IMG/VR virus record: IMGVR_UViG_3300021437_000018
Coordinates: 1 to 62,710 of that record
Length of the DNA: 62,710 nt
Source of the DNA: a virus
Lineage: Duplodnaviria > Caudoviricetes
Reading direction: 5' to 3' (one strand)
Position numbers and translations under genes: made by a program. Below the pieces are notes generated by a model. It was not told the DNA's origin. It worked only from the letters and a program-made list of their open reading frames with translations, and made no database searches. Shown here in pieces: positions 8,876 through 19,023 of the stretch (position 1 is the stretch's first letter; each line of letters begins with the position of its first letter).

Positions 8876-9571
8876 ATGGCGCTTGGTGACCTGCTAGCTC
8901 CCGTTGGACTGCGGCGAATGCCTCTGGCTTCGCCTCGGGCCATGGCTCCGCGCGACGCGGCAGCAGCGGCGCTGGCAGAGTACCTACGCAAGGCGGTCTG
9001 GTTCATCCCCGCGACAGACCCGGCAGAGAACGTGAACTTCTCGCTCACTTCAGTGCTTGAGGAGTGGCCGAACGAGGACGAGGAGCTGAACCAGCCTTGC
9101 GCTGCCATCACGACGATCACGGAAGAGCGGCAGGCCCACAACTTCGTGCCGACTATCCTCGAGTCGACTTGGAATACCTACGGCACCGGGACGGTGTTGT
9201 GGAAGACCGACGAGTGCGAGATCCTTTTTCAGGTCGACTTTTGGATCACCAACAAGGCTGAGCGCCAAGCTATCGAGGCCGGATTGTCCGAGTACTTCGC
9301 GCCTGAAGAGGGGCGCTGGGGGATCATGCTCGAGGGGCCCGCCGCCTATTGGTCGCAGCCGATTCGGTTCTATTTGCAGCGAATCGATGGGCATAAGCGC
9401 ATGGATGATTCAGATCTGGTGCTTGGCCGCGATCGAAAGCTATTGGTACGACTAATCGCGCAGATTGATGATTTGCAGTTGCGACGCGCTAGTGAGCTAA
9501 ATCCGCAAGTGCGGCTGTCGGTCAATGATGGCCCAAGCGAACTTGTCTTCCCGCGGCCTGCGGGATCCTGA
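8876..9571 (+). CDS. putative tail terminator/completion protein
   Basis: Immediately before the sheath gene; FQVDFW...ERQAIE pattern. Confidence 0.55.
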   Translation: MALGDLLAPVGLRRMPLASPRAMAPRDAAAAALAEYLRKAVWFIPATDPAENVNFSLTSVLEEWPNEDEELNQPCAAITTITEERQAHNFVPTILESTWNTYGTGTVLWKTDECEILFQVDFWITNKAERQAIEAGLSEYFAPEEGRWGIMLEGPAAYWSQPIRFYLQRIDGHKRMDDSDLVLGRDRKLLVRLIAQIDDLQLRRASELNPQVRLSVNDGPSELVFPRPAGS

Positions 9572-9597
9572 TACATTCCCACGAAGGAGTCATCCCC

Positions 9598-11799
9598 ATG
9601 CCTGGCTATGTCCGACGGTTTACTGAAGTCCCCACCCTCGAAGTCATCCGCGAGATCGAAGGTCTCGTCATTGTCGATCTGGCTCCCCCAGCCCCAGCTA
9701 CCGGTGCGGGCTCTGGCACTGTGTTGCTAGTGGGTGAGTTCGAAGACGGCTATTTTGCCACCGACGAAGAAGCCCTCGGGGGCGTCGAGGTCTATGGCTC
9801 CGGCGACTATCAGCACAAATTCGGCAGCTTTGGCTACGCTTACAACGGAGTGAAGGCCAACCACCCGAGCGCGCGGCGCAGCCTTTCGGAATCCTGGAAC
9901 GGGAACGGGTGGCTTAAGTCCTTTGGACTCAAGGCGAACCGCCTGATCATCAGCCGAGTCGACACTTCGGTGGGTGAGGTGGTGTTTTCGCCACTGGCAA
10001 CGATCAAGAGCGCTGCTGGGCCATGGGTTGGAACGGTAGGGATGATTCTCTCGGCGGCAACGAACACCGGCACGGGTACCACGGCAGCATTGGCTGCAAC
10101 CGCTGCTACCGTCACTGGTTCAGGCGCATCATTCAGCACCATTGTTGGAGGCGACTCCATCAGTCTATCGATTGACGGTGGGCCAGTCACGCCAGTGGTT
10201 TTTGCGGCATCTGACGTTACGCTGGCGACCGTGATCTCCAGGATCAATGCGACCCTTGGGGCCACGGTGGCGAGCGGAAGCGCACAATTGATTTTGACTG
10301 GCCTGCGCCTTGGAACTGGAGGCAAGGTAATTCGCGCTGACATTACGTCGGGCTGCCTCGCGAAGCTCGGTCTAACCGCTGGTACCTCAAGCGGCACCGG
10401 AAATGTAGCCAATCTGGCCACAGTAACAGCGACAGAAGTGGCGACGCTGGTCAACGCCTCGGCCTCAATGACATCGGCAAACGTCAAATCACGGGTCGGC
10501 GCGGACGGTAAGTTGTGGCTCTACCATCTGGTTTCCGCGACGGCCTCAACGATTCAGGTTGACGCTGGCACTGGTGGTATGGGGGCAGCGATGGGGTTCG
10601 TGATTGACACGGACTCAACGATCGCGCTCAACGAAGCAGGTACTATCCCGGCAGGGACGCGAGTCCAAGCCTCGGGCACCGCTGGCACTGAGTGGGTGAC
10701 GATGCAGACGCTCGAGATCCCCGCCGGTGGCGCTGGTCCATTCCCAGTGCGCATTCGTCCTGGGCTCGACAACGGAACTCATGTGGGGGTAGCAATCAGC
10801 GCGGTCAACACCTTGGTGGATGCCCCGTCTTTTGCTACATTTGCGATTTCGAATCCAGCCGCAATCACTGCTGCCCTTACGGAAGGGCAAAAAGATGCGG
10901 CCTACAAAGAGGCCTTGGACGCTACCCTGAATGAGCTTGGGGTTTGCCGAGAGGCTAACTACCTCTTGATTGCTCGCTGCTCCGATTCGGTGAAGCGCGA
11001 AGGTCGAGCTAATGCGGTTCTAGCTACCGAGATCGGCATGTTCGGGCGCAAGTATCTTACTGGCGACATGCTCGGCACGAGTTCCGACGTTTCGGTAGCC
11101 AATGTTGCAAGCTACCGAAGGGATCGGGTTTTCTACACGGCGCTAGCGCTCAAGGTGAAGATCCCGGTCATTGCTGAGCGTGGCACCGCTGGCGGTTCGG
11201 GTTTCACCGCGGACGGCGTGATTGACGTTCGTGCCGATGGCCCGCTTTGCACGCTTTGCGCGCGCCTGCCACCCGAGGAAAACCCTGGGCAACAGACGAA
11301 CCTAATCGATGACTTCTTTGCCGTGAATGCTTACGGCGAGTCGATCACGATCGACACCTACAAGGCGTTCCGCCGTAATGGTATCTGTGCCCCCCGAGTC
11401 GATCGGGTCGGCGGAACCATCTTCCAAAGCGGCGTGACGTCAAGCCTGACTAGCGGCGAGGAAACGATCGCCCGTCGGCGCATGGCGGACTTCATCCAGG
11501 ATTCGGCGATCGGGATCTGGTTGCCCTACTCGAAGAAAATCGCCCGTGAAGCAACTCGCATGCGCGGCCTCGCGAAATGGAACCAATTCTTGGCAGGCCT
11601 CGAGTCGGTGGCGAACCCTGAGAAGAGCCGAATCCATTCCTGGTCTACTGACGACGGCGTGAATGCCGGCAACACCAACGCCACGCTAGCCCTGGGCGTC
11701 TACTACGTGCTGACGAAGGTCAAGACTCACCCGTCTCTGGACTTCATTGTCCTGGAAACCGAGATCGGCGAAAACGCCGTCATCACGAAGACCCTCTAA
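9598..11799 (+). CDS. tail sheath protein
   Basis: 733 aa; N-terminal IEGLVIVDLAPP...LLVGEFEDG; C-terminal IARRRMADFI and SLDFIVLETEIG; AAGGAG SD. Confidence 0.85.
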   Translation: MPGYVRRFTEVPTLEVIREIEGLVIVDLAPPAPATGAGSGTVLLVGEFEDGYFATDEEALGGVEVYGSGDYQHKFGSFGYAYNGVKANHPSARRSLSESWNGNGWLKSFGLKANRLIISRVDTSVGEVVFSPLATIKSAAGPWVGTVGMILSAATNTGTGTTAALAATAATVTGSGASFSTIVGGDSISLSIDGGPVTPVVFAASDVTLATVISRINATLGATVASGSAQLILTGLRLGTGGKVIRADITSGCLAKLGLTAGTSSGTGNVANLATVTATEVATLVNASASMTSANVKSRVGADGKLWLYHLVSATASTIQVDAGTGGMGAAMGFVIDTDSTIALNEAGTIPAGTRVQASGTAGTEWVTMQTLEIPAGGAGPFPVRIRPGLDNGTHVGVAISAVNTLVDAPSFATFAISNPAAITAALTEGQKDAAYKEALDATLNELGVCREANYLLIARCSDSVKREGRANAVLATEIGMFGRKYLTGDMLGTSSDVSVANVASYRRDRVFYTALALKVKIPVIAERGTAGGSGFTADGVIDVRADGPLCTLCARLPPEENPGQQTNLIDDFFAVNAYGESITIDTYKAFRRNGICAPRVDRVGGTIFQSGVTSSLTSGEETIARRRMADFIQDSAIGIWLPYSKKIAREATRMRGLAKWNQFLAGLESVANPEKSRIHSWSTDDGVNAGNTNATLALGVYYVLTKVKTHPSLDFIVLETEIGENAVITKTL

Positions 11800-11829
11800 T
11801 TCTGGGCAATTTGAAGGAGAATTACGACA

Positions 11830-12267
11830 ATGGCACAACGAGTAAAAGGCCTAGAATGTTCGCTGGCTCTGTCCACGCCTGACGGCGCAGACGAGGAGGT
11901 TTTCGACGACATCATTGAGTCCGAACTGAACATGGACATGGAGATCCTGGAAAAAGCCTACCTCGGGCAGACGGGTTCGAAGTTCGATGACCTATTCAAG
12001 GGTTTTTCGGGAACGTCCAAGGTCCACATGGAAGGGCCAACGTTCTTCTCTCTCTCCGGGAAGATTCAGGATCGAGCAACGCGGCGCACGCCTGCCGATG
12101 GGGTGTTTTCGCTATCCTTTACGGTCAATTTCCCCTCAGGCGCGCGAGCGCGATTGACTGCCGAAGACATCTTCTTCGGGACCATTCCGATGAAAATTGG
12201 CGGGCAGTCCGAATACGTCGAGATGGAACTCACGTGGAAATGCTCCACGTTGCGCCGAATCCTCTAG
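11830..12267 (+). CDS. tail tube protein
   Basis: 145 aa, beta-rich, directly after the sheath; AAGGAG SD. Confidence 0.75.
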   Translation: MAQRVKGLECSLALSTPDGADEEVFDDIIESELNMDMEILEKAYLGQTGSKFDDLFKGFSGTSKVHMEGPTFFSLSGKIQDRATRRTPADGVFSLSFTVNFPSGARARLTAEDIFFGTIPMKIGGQSEYVEMELTWKCSTLRRIL

Positions 12268-12299
12268 ATCAGGCATAGTGGCTATTGCCACGGCGCAGC

Positions 12300-12340
12300 A
12301 GCAAGAGGCTCCGGGGATCCCCTCGGGGCCCTTTGCTTTT
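12300..12340 (+). terminator. Rho-independent terminator
   Basis: AGCAAGAGGCTCCGGGG...CCTCGGGGCCCTTTGCT followed by a T-run, after the tube gene. Confidence 0.6.
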
Positions 12341-12383
12341 CATGGTTGCTGCGTCGCTGGCCTCTAAACCATGGAGAGCCACA

Positions 12384-12938
12384 ATGTCAGTAGAAAAGAA
12401 CAGACCGAAGCGCAACGCAGCCGAAACAGTCATGACCGAGGGCGTCGAGCCGCCAGTAGAAGCCCTGGCGCCGTTGGTCGCCCCAAAGCCCCAGTTACTC
12501 AATGAGGATCCGAACCTACTCGCGAAACTGTTCGAGGCCTTCACGCCCACGGGTAAGGCCGCGCTGACGGACAAGCCATTGCTGCCGGTGCGCACGGTGA
12601 CTTTTACCGTCGACGGCGCGGAATGCGCTCCCGGTGTGTTTGTCGACGTAAATGGCGATTACTTCGATTTCCAGCTCACCATGCGTAGCCTCGACAGTGC
12701 GCAGGAAATGGCGACTCTCGATTCGGTGACGGGCTCTGGGCACACGGTGCCTCCGCTCATGTCTCGAGCGATGTTGTATAAAATGAACGGGGCGATCATC
12801 ACTCCACGCCAGCGCGAATGGCTTTGGGAGGCGCTCGACATGCGCGGGCGGCAGCTCTGTTTCGTTGCCTATCAGCAGATGGGCGGGGCGTCGGCGGCAG
12901 CTCTGGGAAAATTCCGAGCAAGCTTTACGATCGGCTGA
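12384..12938 (+). CDS. tail assembly chaperone (G-like)
   Basis: Between the tube and tape measure genes; GGAGAG SD; slippery G GGA AAA at 12905-12911. Confidence 0.75.
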   Translation: MSVEKNRPKRNAAETVMTEGVEPPVEALAPLVAPKPQLLNEDPNLLAKLFEAFTPTGKAALTDKPLLPVRTVTFTVDGAECAPGVFVDVNGDYFDFQLTMRSLDSAQEMATLDSVTGSGHTVPPLMSRAMLYKMNGAIITPRQREWLWEALDMRGRQLCFVAYQQMGGASAAALGKFRASFTIG

Positions 12939-13177
12939 GGTCTCGAGTCTATGCCCCGTTGGCGCTGCAAATTGCGTGGTGCCTGGCGTGGAGCAAGATA
13001 GGTACCGAAAGGCCCCTGCGTGAGCTCTGGTCGCGGATAGCGTACGCCACGAGGTACGGGCGGATCACACTCACGGAAGCGGTAGAGCTTGACCAATGGC
13101 AACTGAACCGGTTCCTCGTGGCGCTCAACGAATTGGTGCGCCAAGAGAACGGCCCGGCCGGATCGCACGAAAAGTAG
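12905..13177 (+). CDS. tail assembly chaperone -1 frameshift extension (GT-like)
   Basis: The -1 frame entered at GGGAAAA reads GKIPSKLYDRLRSR...ENGPAGSHEK and ends 20 nt before the TMP start. Confidence 0.7.
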   Translation, partial: GKIPSKLYDRLRSRVYAPLALQIAWCLAWSKIGTERPLRELWSRIAYATRYGRITLTEAVELDQWQLNRFLVALNELVRQENGPAGSHEK

Positions 13178-13197
13178 AACTCGGGTAGACTGCTCGG

Positions 13198-15129
13198 GTG
13201 TCCGCTGATTTTGACGTCCGAGCAAAACTGACCCTCGACAGCCAAGCTGCGTTCGGTGGAGCGCAGCGGCTGTCGAGCACGATGCTTGACCTATCGCACC
13301 AATTGCAGGGCGCGCAAGGGCTCGCCGGTGGCCTACTGGGGCGCGTCGTGGGGCTGGGGGCTGCCTACTTCGGCCTGAATGCTGGGATCAATGTATTCAA
13401 AGGCTTGGTCAGCTCTGCTGTGGATTACACGGCGGAGCTGCAATCGACTAAGATTGGCCTGCAGTCCGTGCTTTCTGCGGTTACCGGCGCCTCATGGGAG
13501 GAGGCGGGAAAACAAGGTGAGGAGGCATTCAAGCGGATCCAGGACGCAGCCATTGAAAGCCCGGCTACAGCGCGACAGATGTTCGACATCTTCAATGGAA
13601 TCGTTGGTCCGGTAATGAACACCGGCGCGTCTATGGAAAAGGTCATCAGCCTAACCAACGATGCAACAATGGCAGCGGCGGGCTTGCACGTGGATTTCGC
13701 GCAAGCGTCGCGGGACATGTCGATGATGGTGCGCGGCGCGGCTGGAGTGGACGTCAAGCTGTTCTCGCTGTTGCGAGCGTCAAACGCGATCAAAGAAACT
13801 ACCGAGCAATGGAATAAGAATCTGACTGCGGCGCAGCGCGTTGAAAAACTCGCTCAGGCCCTGGCGAAGTTCAAGCGAGCCGGTGATGCGTATGGCAAAT
13901 CGTGGCTTGGTATCACGTCCACACTGACCGACCTAAAGGATCGATTCAAGTCGGCTTTCATGTCACCGATCATGGACATGGCAGCACGGCGGCTGTTCGC
14001 GGCAAATCAGAATATGATTAAGAACCAGGCGCAAATCGTGCGACTGGCAACGATTTATGGAGAGCGCGTGGCCATTGCATTGGAGCATGGTTGGGAGCGC
14101 GGGATGGAGCTATGGGGTGAATTGGTCGAGAATTGGGGTGCCCTCAGTAGAGGTTTTGACCACGCAATGATTAAGGTGCATCAGTTTGCCCCGATGTTGC
14201 TCAGGGCTGCCAAGATCTATGCCGGGGTGTCTGTTGCGGGCAACGTGGCCGGCAAAGGGTTGCAGGTTGGGGCCGGGGTGATTGGCACTGGTGGTATGGC
14301 TGCCGGTGGTATGTCCAAGCTCCTTGGCCTGCTGGGGGGCGGGAGCGCTGCAGGGGCAGCCGGAGCAGCGGCAGAGGGCACGGCGGCAGCAGTGGCCGGG
14401 GAAACGGCAGCAGCGGGGGCAGCAGCGGCAGGCGCGGCGGTGTCCATTGGCGCGGTGGCGGCGGGTCTGGTGCTCGTGGCTGCCACGGCGGAACCGGTGA
14501 TCGACAACTGGCAGGGGATCAAGACCGCGGCTCTTACCACGACCGAGAGCGTTTGGAATTCGCTCGTGGACGCCGGCAAGTCTATTTGGTCAGCTCTGCG
14601 GGGCCCGATGTATTTGATTGGCGGGGCGTTGACTACGTTTGGGCAGTTGGTCGGGGTAACGCTTGTCGCTGGCGTCAACGTGGCAGCAAATGCGATCCGT
14701 TGGTTCTTCGACAATATCGAGCCGATTTCAACAGCGATCATGGAGTGGGCCGTCCCCGCAATGAAGGCCCTGGTTTGGTGGATCAACGACCTATCGAAAG
14801 CAATGGACAAGGTCACCGGACGAACTACGGTGATGCAAGCGGCCGATAATTCGTTCAAGCAAGGCGATTGGGTCGCATCAGAAAACACGATGGCGGCGAT
14901 CCTGGCTGGTTCCAACGTCGCGTCCGTGACGGAAGCGAAGCGGCAAAGGGACTTGGCCAAGCAGACCACGAAGGTCACCAACGATTTCCGAGGGAGCAAT
15001 ATCAAAATTGATCAAAAATTCGAAGGCGACCAAGATCCAGATCGGATTGTGGTCGGCATGATGAGCGATCTCACTCGTCAGGCCGAATTGAGACTTTCGT
15101 CTGGTTACGCTGGCGTTTTCACGAGGTAA
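13198..15129 (+). CDS. tape measure protein
   Basis: 643 aa, Ala/Gly-rich and helical with Trp/Phe periodicity and hydrophobic segments; follows the chaperone. Confidence 0.85.
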   Translation: MSADFDVRAKLTLDSQAAFGGAQRLSSTMLDLSHQLQGAQGLAGGLLGRVVGLGAAYFGLNAGINVFKGLVSSAVDYTAELQSTKIGLQSVLSAVTGASWEEAGKQGEEAFKRIQDAAIESPATARQMFDIFNGIVGPVMNTGASMEKVISLTNDATMAAAGLHVDFAQASRDMSMMVRGAAGVDVKLFSLLRASNAIKETTEQWNKNLTAAQRVEKLAQALAKFKRAGDAYGKSWLGITSTLTDLKDRFKSAFMSPIMDMAARRLFAANQNMIKNQAQIVRLATIYGERVAIALEHGWERGMELWGELVENWGALSRGFDHAMIKVHQFAPMLLRAAKIYAGVSVAGNVAGKGLQVGAGVIGTGGMAAGGMSKLLGLLGGGSAAGAAGAAAEGTAAAVAGETAAAGAAAAGAAVSIGAVAAGLVLVAATAEPVIDNWQGIKTAALTTTESVWNSLVDAGKSIWSALRGPMYLIGGALTTFGQLVGVTLVAGVNVAANAIRWFFDNIEPISTAIMEWAVPAMKALVWWINDLSKAMDKVTGRTTVMQAADNSFKQGDWVASENTMAAILAGSNVASVTEAKRQRDLAKQTTKVTNDFRGSNIKIDQKFEGDQDPDRIVVGMMSDLTRQAELRLSSGYAGVFTR

Positions 15130-15133
15130 ACCC

Positions 15134-16402
15134 ATGGCACTTGGACTAGGTGGATTTGGTTCGGCTCTGGCAGTAGCGGCAGACACGCTGGGGCTCAGCT
15201 CATTCACCGATGGGCCACGCGTTCCCGGGACGTCCATGGAACTCCATGTGGACGGAGGGGATCGCGTTGAGCTCCGTGATCGTGCGATGCCCTTCGAAGA
15301 ATTGGCATTCCCGGTTGAGCAACGCACAAAAAAGACGCTCTATCCAGGCAACCCGATTGCTTCGTTGCAAATTCTTGGCGCGGACAATTTGCCGAGCGAG
15401 CTTGAGGGCGAGTGGAATCACCGCTTTTTGCCGGGCTCTGTTTTGGTAAATAGCGATCCAACAACGATTGAGTCACCTGAGCAGCTTTGCTGGCTATTTG
15501 ATGGAATCGTGCGGTCGGGGCGCACGGTGAAGGTGCAATGGCTGCATTATGCGCGAATCGGGGTATTGAAGAAGTTTGAACCTATTTGGCTACGCGCGAG
15601 CGATTGCAAGTGGCGCATGTCGTTCGAGTGGATCGCTGACAACGATTCGATGCCCGTGGTGGTCAAGGATCTTGGTAGCGGGTTTGGCATTTCAGATTTG
15701 ATGCGGATCCTCAATCTGGCCGAGGACCTGATGACTCTTGGCCCAATGCTCGCGCGTTCACTCGCAGCGATGTTGGTCAGTGGGATCAAGTCGATCCGCG
15801 AAAAGGTGTCGAAGTTGATTCAGGTGCTTGGTGCCATAGAGGCATTGGTGAACTTGCCGGCAGCGCTTTGGGGTGCGGTCAAGTCAGCGATCAAGTCGAT
15901 TTGTGACGAGTGCCGAGAAATGAGTCGGCGCCTGTCTGGTCCGCGGTTGTCCTCCCGGGGAACGAGCGGTAACCCTGAAATTGTTGGAACCGCATCGGCT
16001 GCTCTTGTTCGAGATCCAACTAGCCCCAGTGGAGCCGCTCAATCAGGGGCTTCGCAGGCGCTTGCGTTTGAAGCGTGGGCGCGCACAACGGCGCGCACAG
16101 TGAGTGACCTGCGGCACCAGGCCATCTTGATTGGGATTGCCTTAGAAGCGCGGGTACGGCCCGAGGCGGTAAAGGCACTCACGGTGCGCGAAGGCGAGAC
16201 GGCGTGGAGCGTTGCGGCGCGAGAGTATGGCTCAGCCGAATACGCCAACTATTTGATCGAGATCAATCACCTGCAGGGGGCGAAGCTAGTGCCAGGGACC
16301 ACGCTACGGATCCCGGCTCGGCCATTCGGGGCTGCTCCCGACGTCGAGCCAACCGACACCGACGTGATAGATCTGCAGAACCCTGTTCCGTGCCAGGTGT
16401 AG
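15134..16402 (+). CDS. tail/baseplate tube-initiator-like protein with a C-terminal LysM domain
   Basis: TVREGETAWSVAAREYG..LIEINHLQGAKLVPGTTLRIP is a LysM motif; follows the TMP. Confidence 0.75.
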   Translation: MALGLGGFGSALAVAADTLGLSSFTDGPRVPGTSMELHVDGGDRVELRDRAMPFEELAFPVEQRTKKTLYPGNPIASLQILGADNLPSELEGEWNHRFLPGSVLVNSDPTTIESPEQLCWLFDGIVRSGRTVKVQWLHYARIGVLKKFEPIWLRASDCKWRMSFEWIADNDSMPVVVKDLGSGFGISDLMRILNLAEDLMTLGPMLARSLAAMLVSGIKSIREKVSKLIQVLGAIEALVNLPAALWGAVKSAIKSICDECREMSRRLSGPRLSSRGTSGNPEIVGTASAALVRDPTSPSGAAQSGASQALAFEAWARTTARTVSDLRHQAILIGIALEARVRPEAVKALTVREGETAWSVAAREYGSAEYANYLIEINHLQGAKLVPGTTLRIPARPFGAAPDVEPTDTDVIDLQNPVPCQV

Positions 16403-16405
16403 CCG

Positions 16406-18226
16406 ATGGCTGTATTTCGTCCGACGTGTCGTGTCAGGTTGCAATTATCGCTCGACGAAGGCGGCGAGATAGTAACGCCAACGCCTGCGAGTAAGGCATC
16501 CATTGGGATTTCTTCTGGCGTCACTAGTGTGGCCGCTGCTTTGGTCAAGAACGTTACTAAGCGCCAGGGTCTTGGTGTTATACAGCGTGCGCTTTCTGCT
16601 CCGGATTTTGCGAAAGCAAAAGAAGAACTCGATCTAGAGCGCACGCAATTGCAGCAGATGGCCACGGCCGACACCGGTGGACAGAAGTATCCGGGCGGGG
16701 TGGATCCAAATCGTGGGGCGCGCGACAAATGCGTGGTATTTGAAGGGTTGCCGTCGCAGGCAACGATCACTCGAGCGCCGTCAAAGGACGCTGATACTGT
16801 CTCGGTTACTTTCGCCTTTCGGGATCTGCCTATTGATCCGCGGTGTGTGCGCGCCTGTTTGGTGTCGATTGCCATCGGTGCAGTGTCTCGCGAGGACTAC
16901 GTTGGGGGGATAGTGGGTGGGCAAAAACGTGCGGATGGTACGTCGATTGCGATTGTGGAGCACGAGAGCGAACAGGAATTGCGTCTCTGGTCATCGACTC
17001 GATTCGTCGGCTATGTCGCCACCTGGAAAGTCACCTTTGACGAAGGTGGCGACACCGTGCAATTGGATTGCGTGGACGTGTCCTGCGTGATGCGTTCACA
17101 GCCATTGCTGGGGCACAAAATCGATATGTCGTTGCCAATTCAAGAGGGCATCCAGGCCCTGGTGAACGAATTCCTGACGTCAAATGGGCTGACCGTCAAA
17201 CTCGGGACACCGATCGGCAAGGGTGAGGCGCAGAGCGTTCAGGCGCCGATTGGGGCATTGAAGCCGATCGATGTGATGCCTCAACAGCTCAAGACTCGAA
17301 AGGGCAAGGTTGCGCAAGCAACAACCAAGAGCGAAAAGCAGACGGTTTGGGACCATATCAACGACGTGTGCTTGCGTCTTGGGCTTGTCCCGATCATGCG
17401 TGGATTCACTCTCTATTTGACCGAGCCGCGTTTGCAGTATCGAGATCTTGAGGGCGCAACCCGGATGGTCTATGGACGCAACGTCAAGCATTTGGAATTG
17501 TTGCGCAAGATGGAGGGGATCACGACGGACACGATCGAGGTGAGGTGCCCGGATCGTTCCATTGGGCGCGTACTCTGGGCGCGTTATCCGGTGCTCAATG
17601 GTGAGCCCAAGTCGGGGATCCTTGGAAAGTCCGGTAGCCCTCAACCGGTGACCTCGAGAGCATCGAAGGTGTCACCAAACGGCACGGGGCACGAAGTTGT
17701 GCGCGTGCTCACGGTGCGCGGAGTTGCAAGTCTTGCGACACTCGAGAAAATCGCAGAGGCTACATTTCACGAAGTCGGGCGACAAGAGATCCAGGGCAAT
17801 TTCTCGACAGACGAAATCGAATCCTGGGACTCGAAGCTCGAAGGTGATTTGCTTGACCTCTATCCTGGGCAGCCGGTGACGGTACTGGTTGAGCAGCAGC
17901 CCCAGCAACGCGACAACGGCCAAGGGGCGTCCACCTACCAGGAGCTAGCGAGCCTTTCGGTGGCAGGGCGGCAAAAGTACCTCGAGGGGCTTCGGATCTC
18001 GCCGGAGAGCGCGCGACGGCTCGCGGTGGCCCAGGAACAGGTCTATATGACGTCAACTTTTCGCGCTGGCTTTGTCACGATCCGATGGTCAGCAGAGGAA
18101 GGCGTTTCTATTGAATGCGATTTCTACAATTTCGTCGTGGTGCGCGAGGACCCGAACGGCGCCGGAATCGTTACGGGCAAGCGTCCTGCGTCGTTGGGCG
18201 AAGCCTTGTCGGTGAGGATGCGATGA
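16406..18226 (+). CDS. baseplate hub protein (P2 gpD/Mu gp44-like)
   Basis: Position; FVGYV..W..TF....DTVQLDCVD and TVWDHINDVC motifs. Confidence 0.65.
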   Translation: MAVFRPTCRVRLQLSLDEGGEIVTPTPASKASIGISSGVTSVAAALVKNVTKRQGLGVIQRALSAPDFAKAKEELDLERTQLQQMATADTGGQKYPGGVDPNRGARDKCVVFEGLPSQATITRAPSKDADTVSVTFAFRDLPIDPRCVRACLVSIAIGAVSREDYVGGIVGGQKRADGTSIAIVEHESEQELRLWSSTRFVGYVATWKVTFDEGGDTVQLDCVDVSCVMRSQPLLGHKIDMSLPIQEGIQALVNEFLTSNGLTVKLGTPIGKGEAQSVQAPIGALKPIDVMPQQLKTRKGKVAQATTKSEKQTVWDHINDVCLRLGLVPIMRGFTLYLTEPRLQYRDLEGATRMVYGRNVKHLELLRKMEGITTDTIEVRCPDRSIGRVLWARYPVLNGEPKSGILGKSGSPQPVTSRASKVSPNGTGHEVVRVLTVRGVASLATLEKIAEATFHEVGRQEIQGNFSTDEIESWDSKLEGDLLDLYPGQPVTVLVEQQPQQRDNGQGASTYQELASLSVAGRQKYLEGLRISPESARRLAVAQEQVYMTSTFRAGFVTIRWSAEEGVSIECDFYNFVVVREDPNGAGIVTGKRPASLGEALSVRMR

Positions 18227-18999
18227 AACTTAGTGAGCGCAGACGCAGACCCCAGCAACGCGGCCACGGTCGAGTCGATGTCGAGCGAATTGCCGAGGCC
18301 GTCTCCCGGCCAGGGATTGATCCGCGGGCGTGGATTACCCTGGCCCGTACCGAGGCGGGGGCCGACGCTCGGCGCTACGACCCCGACAACGGGTGGATCG
18401 TAGATGCCATAGCTTACGGCTCAGCCGTGCACGGCAACACGCTACCGTGTCGCGTGGCCTCGGCGTGGCCCGGTCTGGCAGGGTATGGGGAATTCCGCCC
18501 GCCCGCAGACGACGAGGAAATTGTGGTGGTCCTTCCGGGCGGGGATCCCGACGAGGACCCGATTGCTTTGGCCGTGTTGGCCAATGGTGACGGCGGGGGA
18601 CCGCCCGAGACGGTAGCGGGACGCCAAGTCAACCCTACTGGCGCAACGACGCCAGGTGGACCAATAGCGGCCGAGGATTGCGAGTTTTCGAAGTCGCCCT
18701 ATTCGCGCGTCGAGGAGCATGAGGGCGAACGGCATATTCGAGCGAAGTGGGTGACTATTGAGGCCATGATGCCGATTGCTGGGATCAAGCTTGGTAGTCC
18801 CAGTGCACAGCATCCGGTGGCCAGAGCGGATGAGTTGGCAGCGGCTCTCGAACAGCTAATTTCGGCACTCACCACATGTTTCTCTGCCGGCGCAGGCGCC
18901 TACCCGATCAATGGAGCATCAGCATTTGCGACCGCTGCACAGAACGTGATCAGTTTGCTCCATACGCGAGTACAATCCCTGGGCGTGGTTGTGGACTAA
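18223..18999 (+). CDS. baseplate spike/gpV-like protein
   Basis: OB-like segment CRVASAWPG.AGYGEFRPP.DDEEIVVVLPGGDP; IKLGS..A.HPVARAD C-terminus. Confidence 0.7.
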   Translation: MKLSERRRRPQQRGHGRVDVERIAEAVSRPGIDPRAWITLARTEAGADARRYDPDNGWIVDAIAYGSAVHGNTLPCRVASAWPGLAGYGEFRPPADDEEIVVVLPGGDPDEDPIALAVLANGDGGGPPETVAGRQVNPTGATTPGGPIAAEDCEFSKSPYSRVEEHEGERHIRAKWVTIEAMMPIAGIKLGSPSAQHPVARADELAAALEQLISALTTCFSAGAGAYPINGASAFATAAQNVISLLHTRVQSLGVVVD

Positions 19000-19023
19000 T
19001 CCAACCCAGAGTAGACTCGATCC

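Noticed and set aside
8257-9141. Long minus-strand ORFs (this one; also 14217-15005, 20738-21787 and 23896-24672)
   Set aside because: Antisense shadows of GC-rich + strand genes, with no motifs or SDs.
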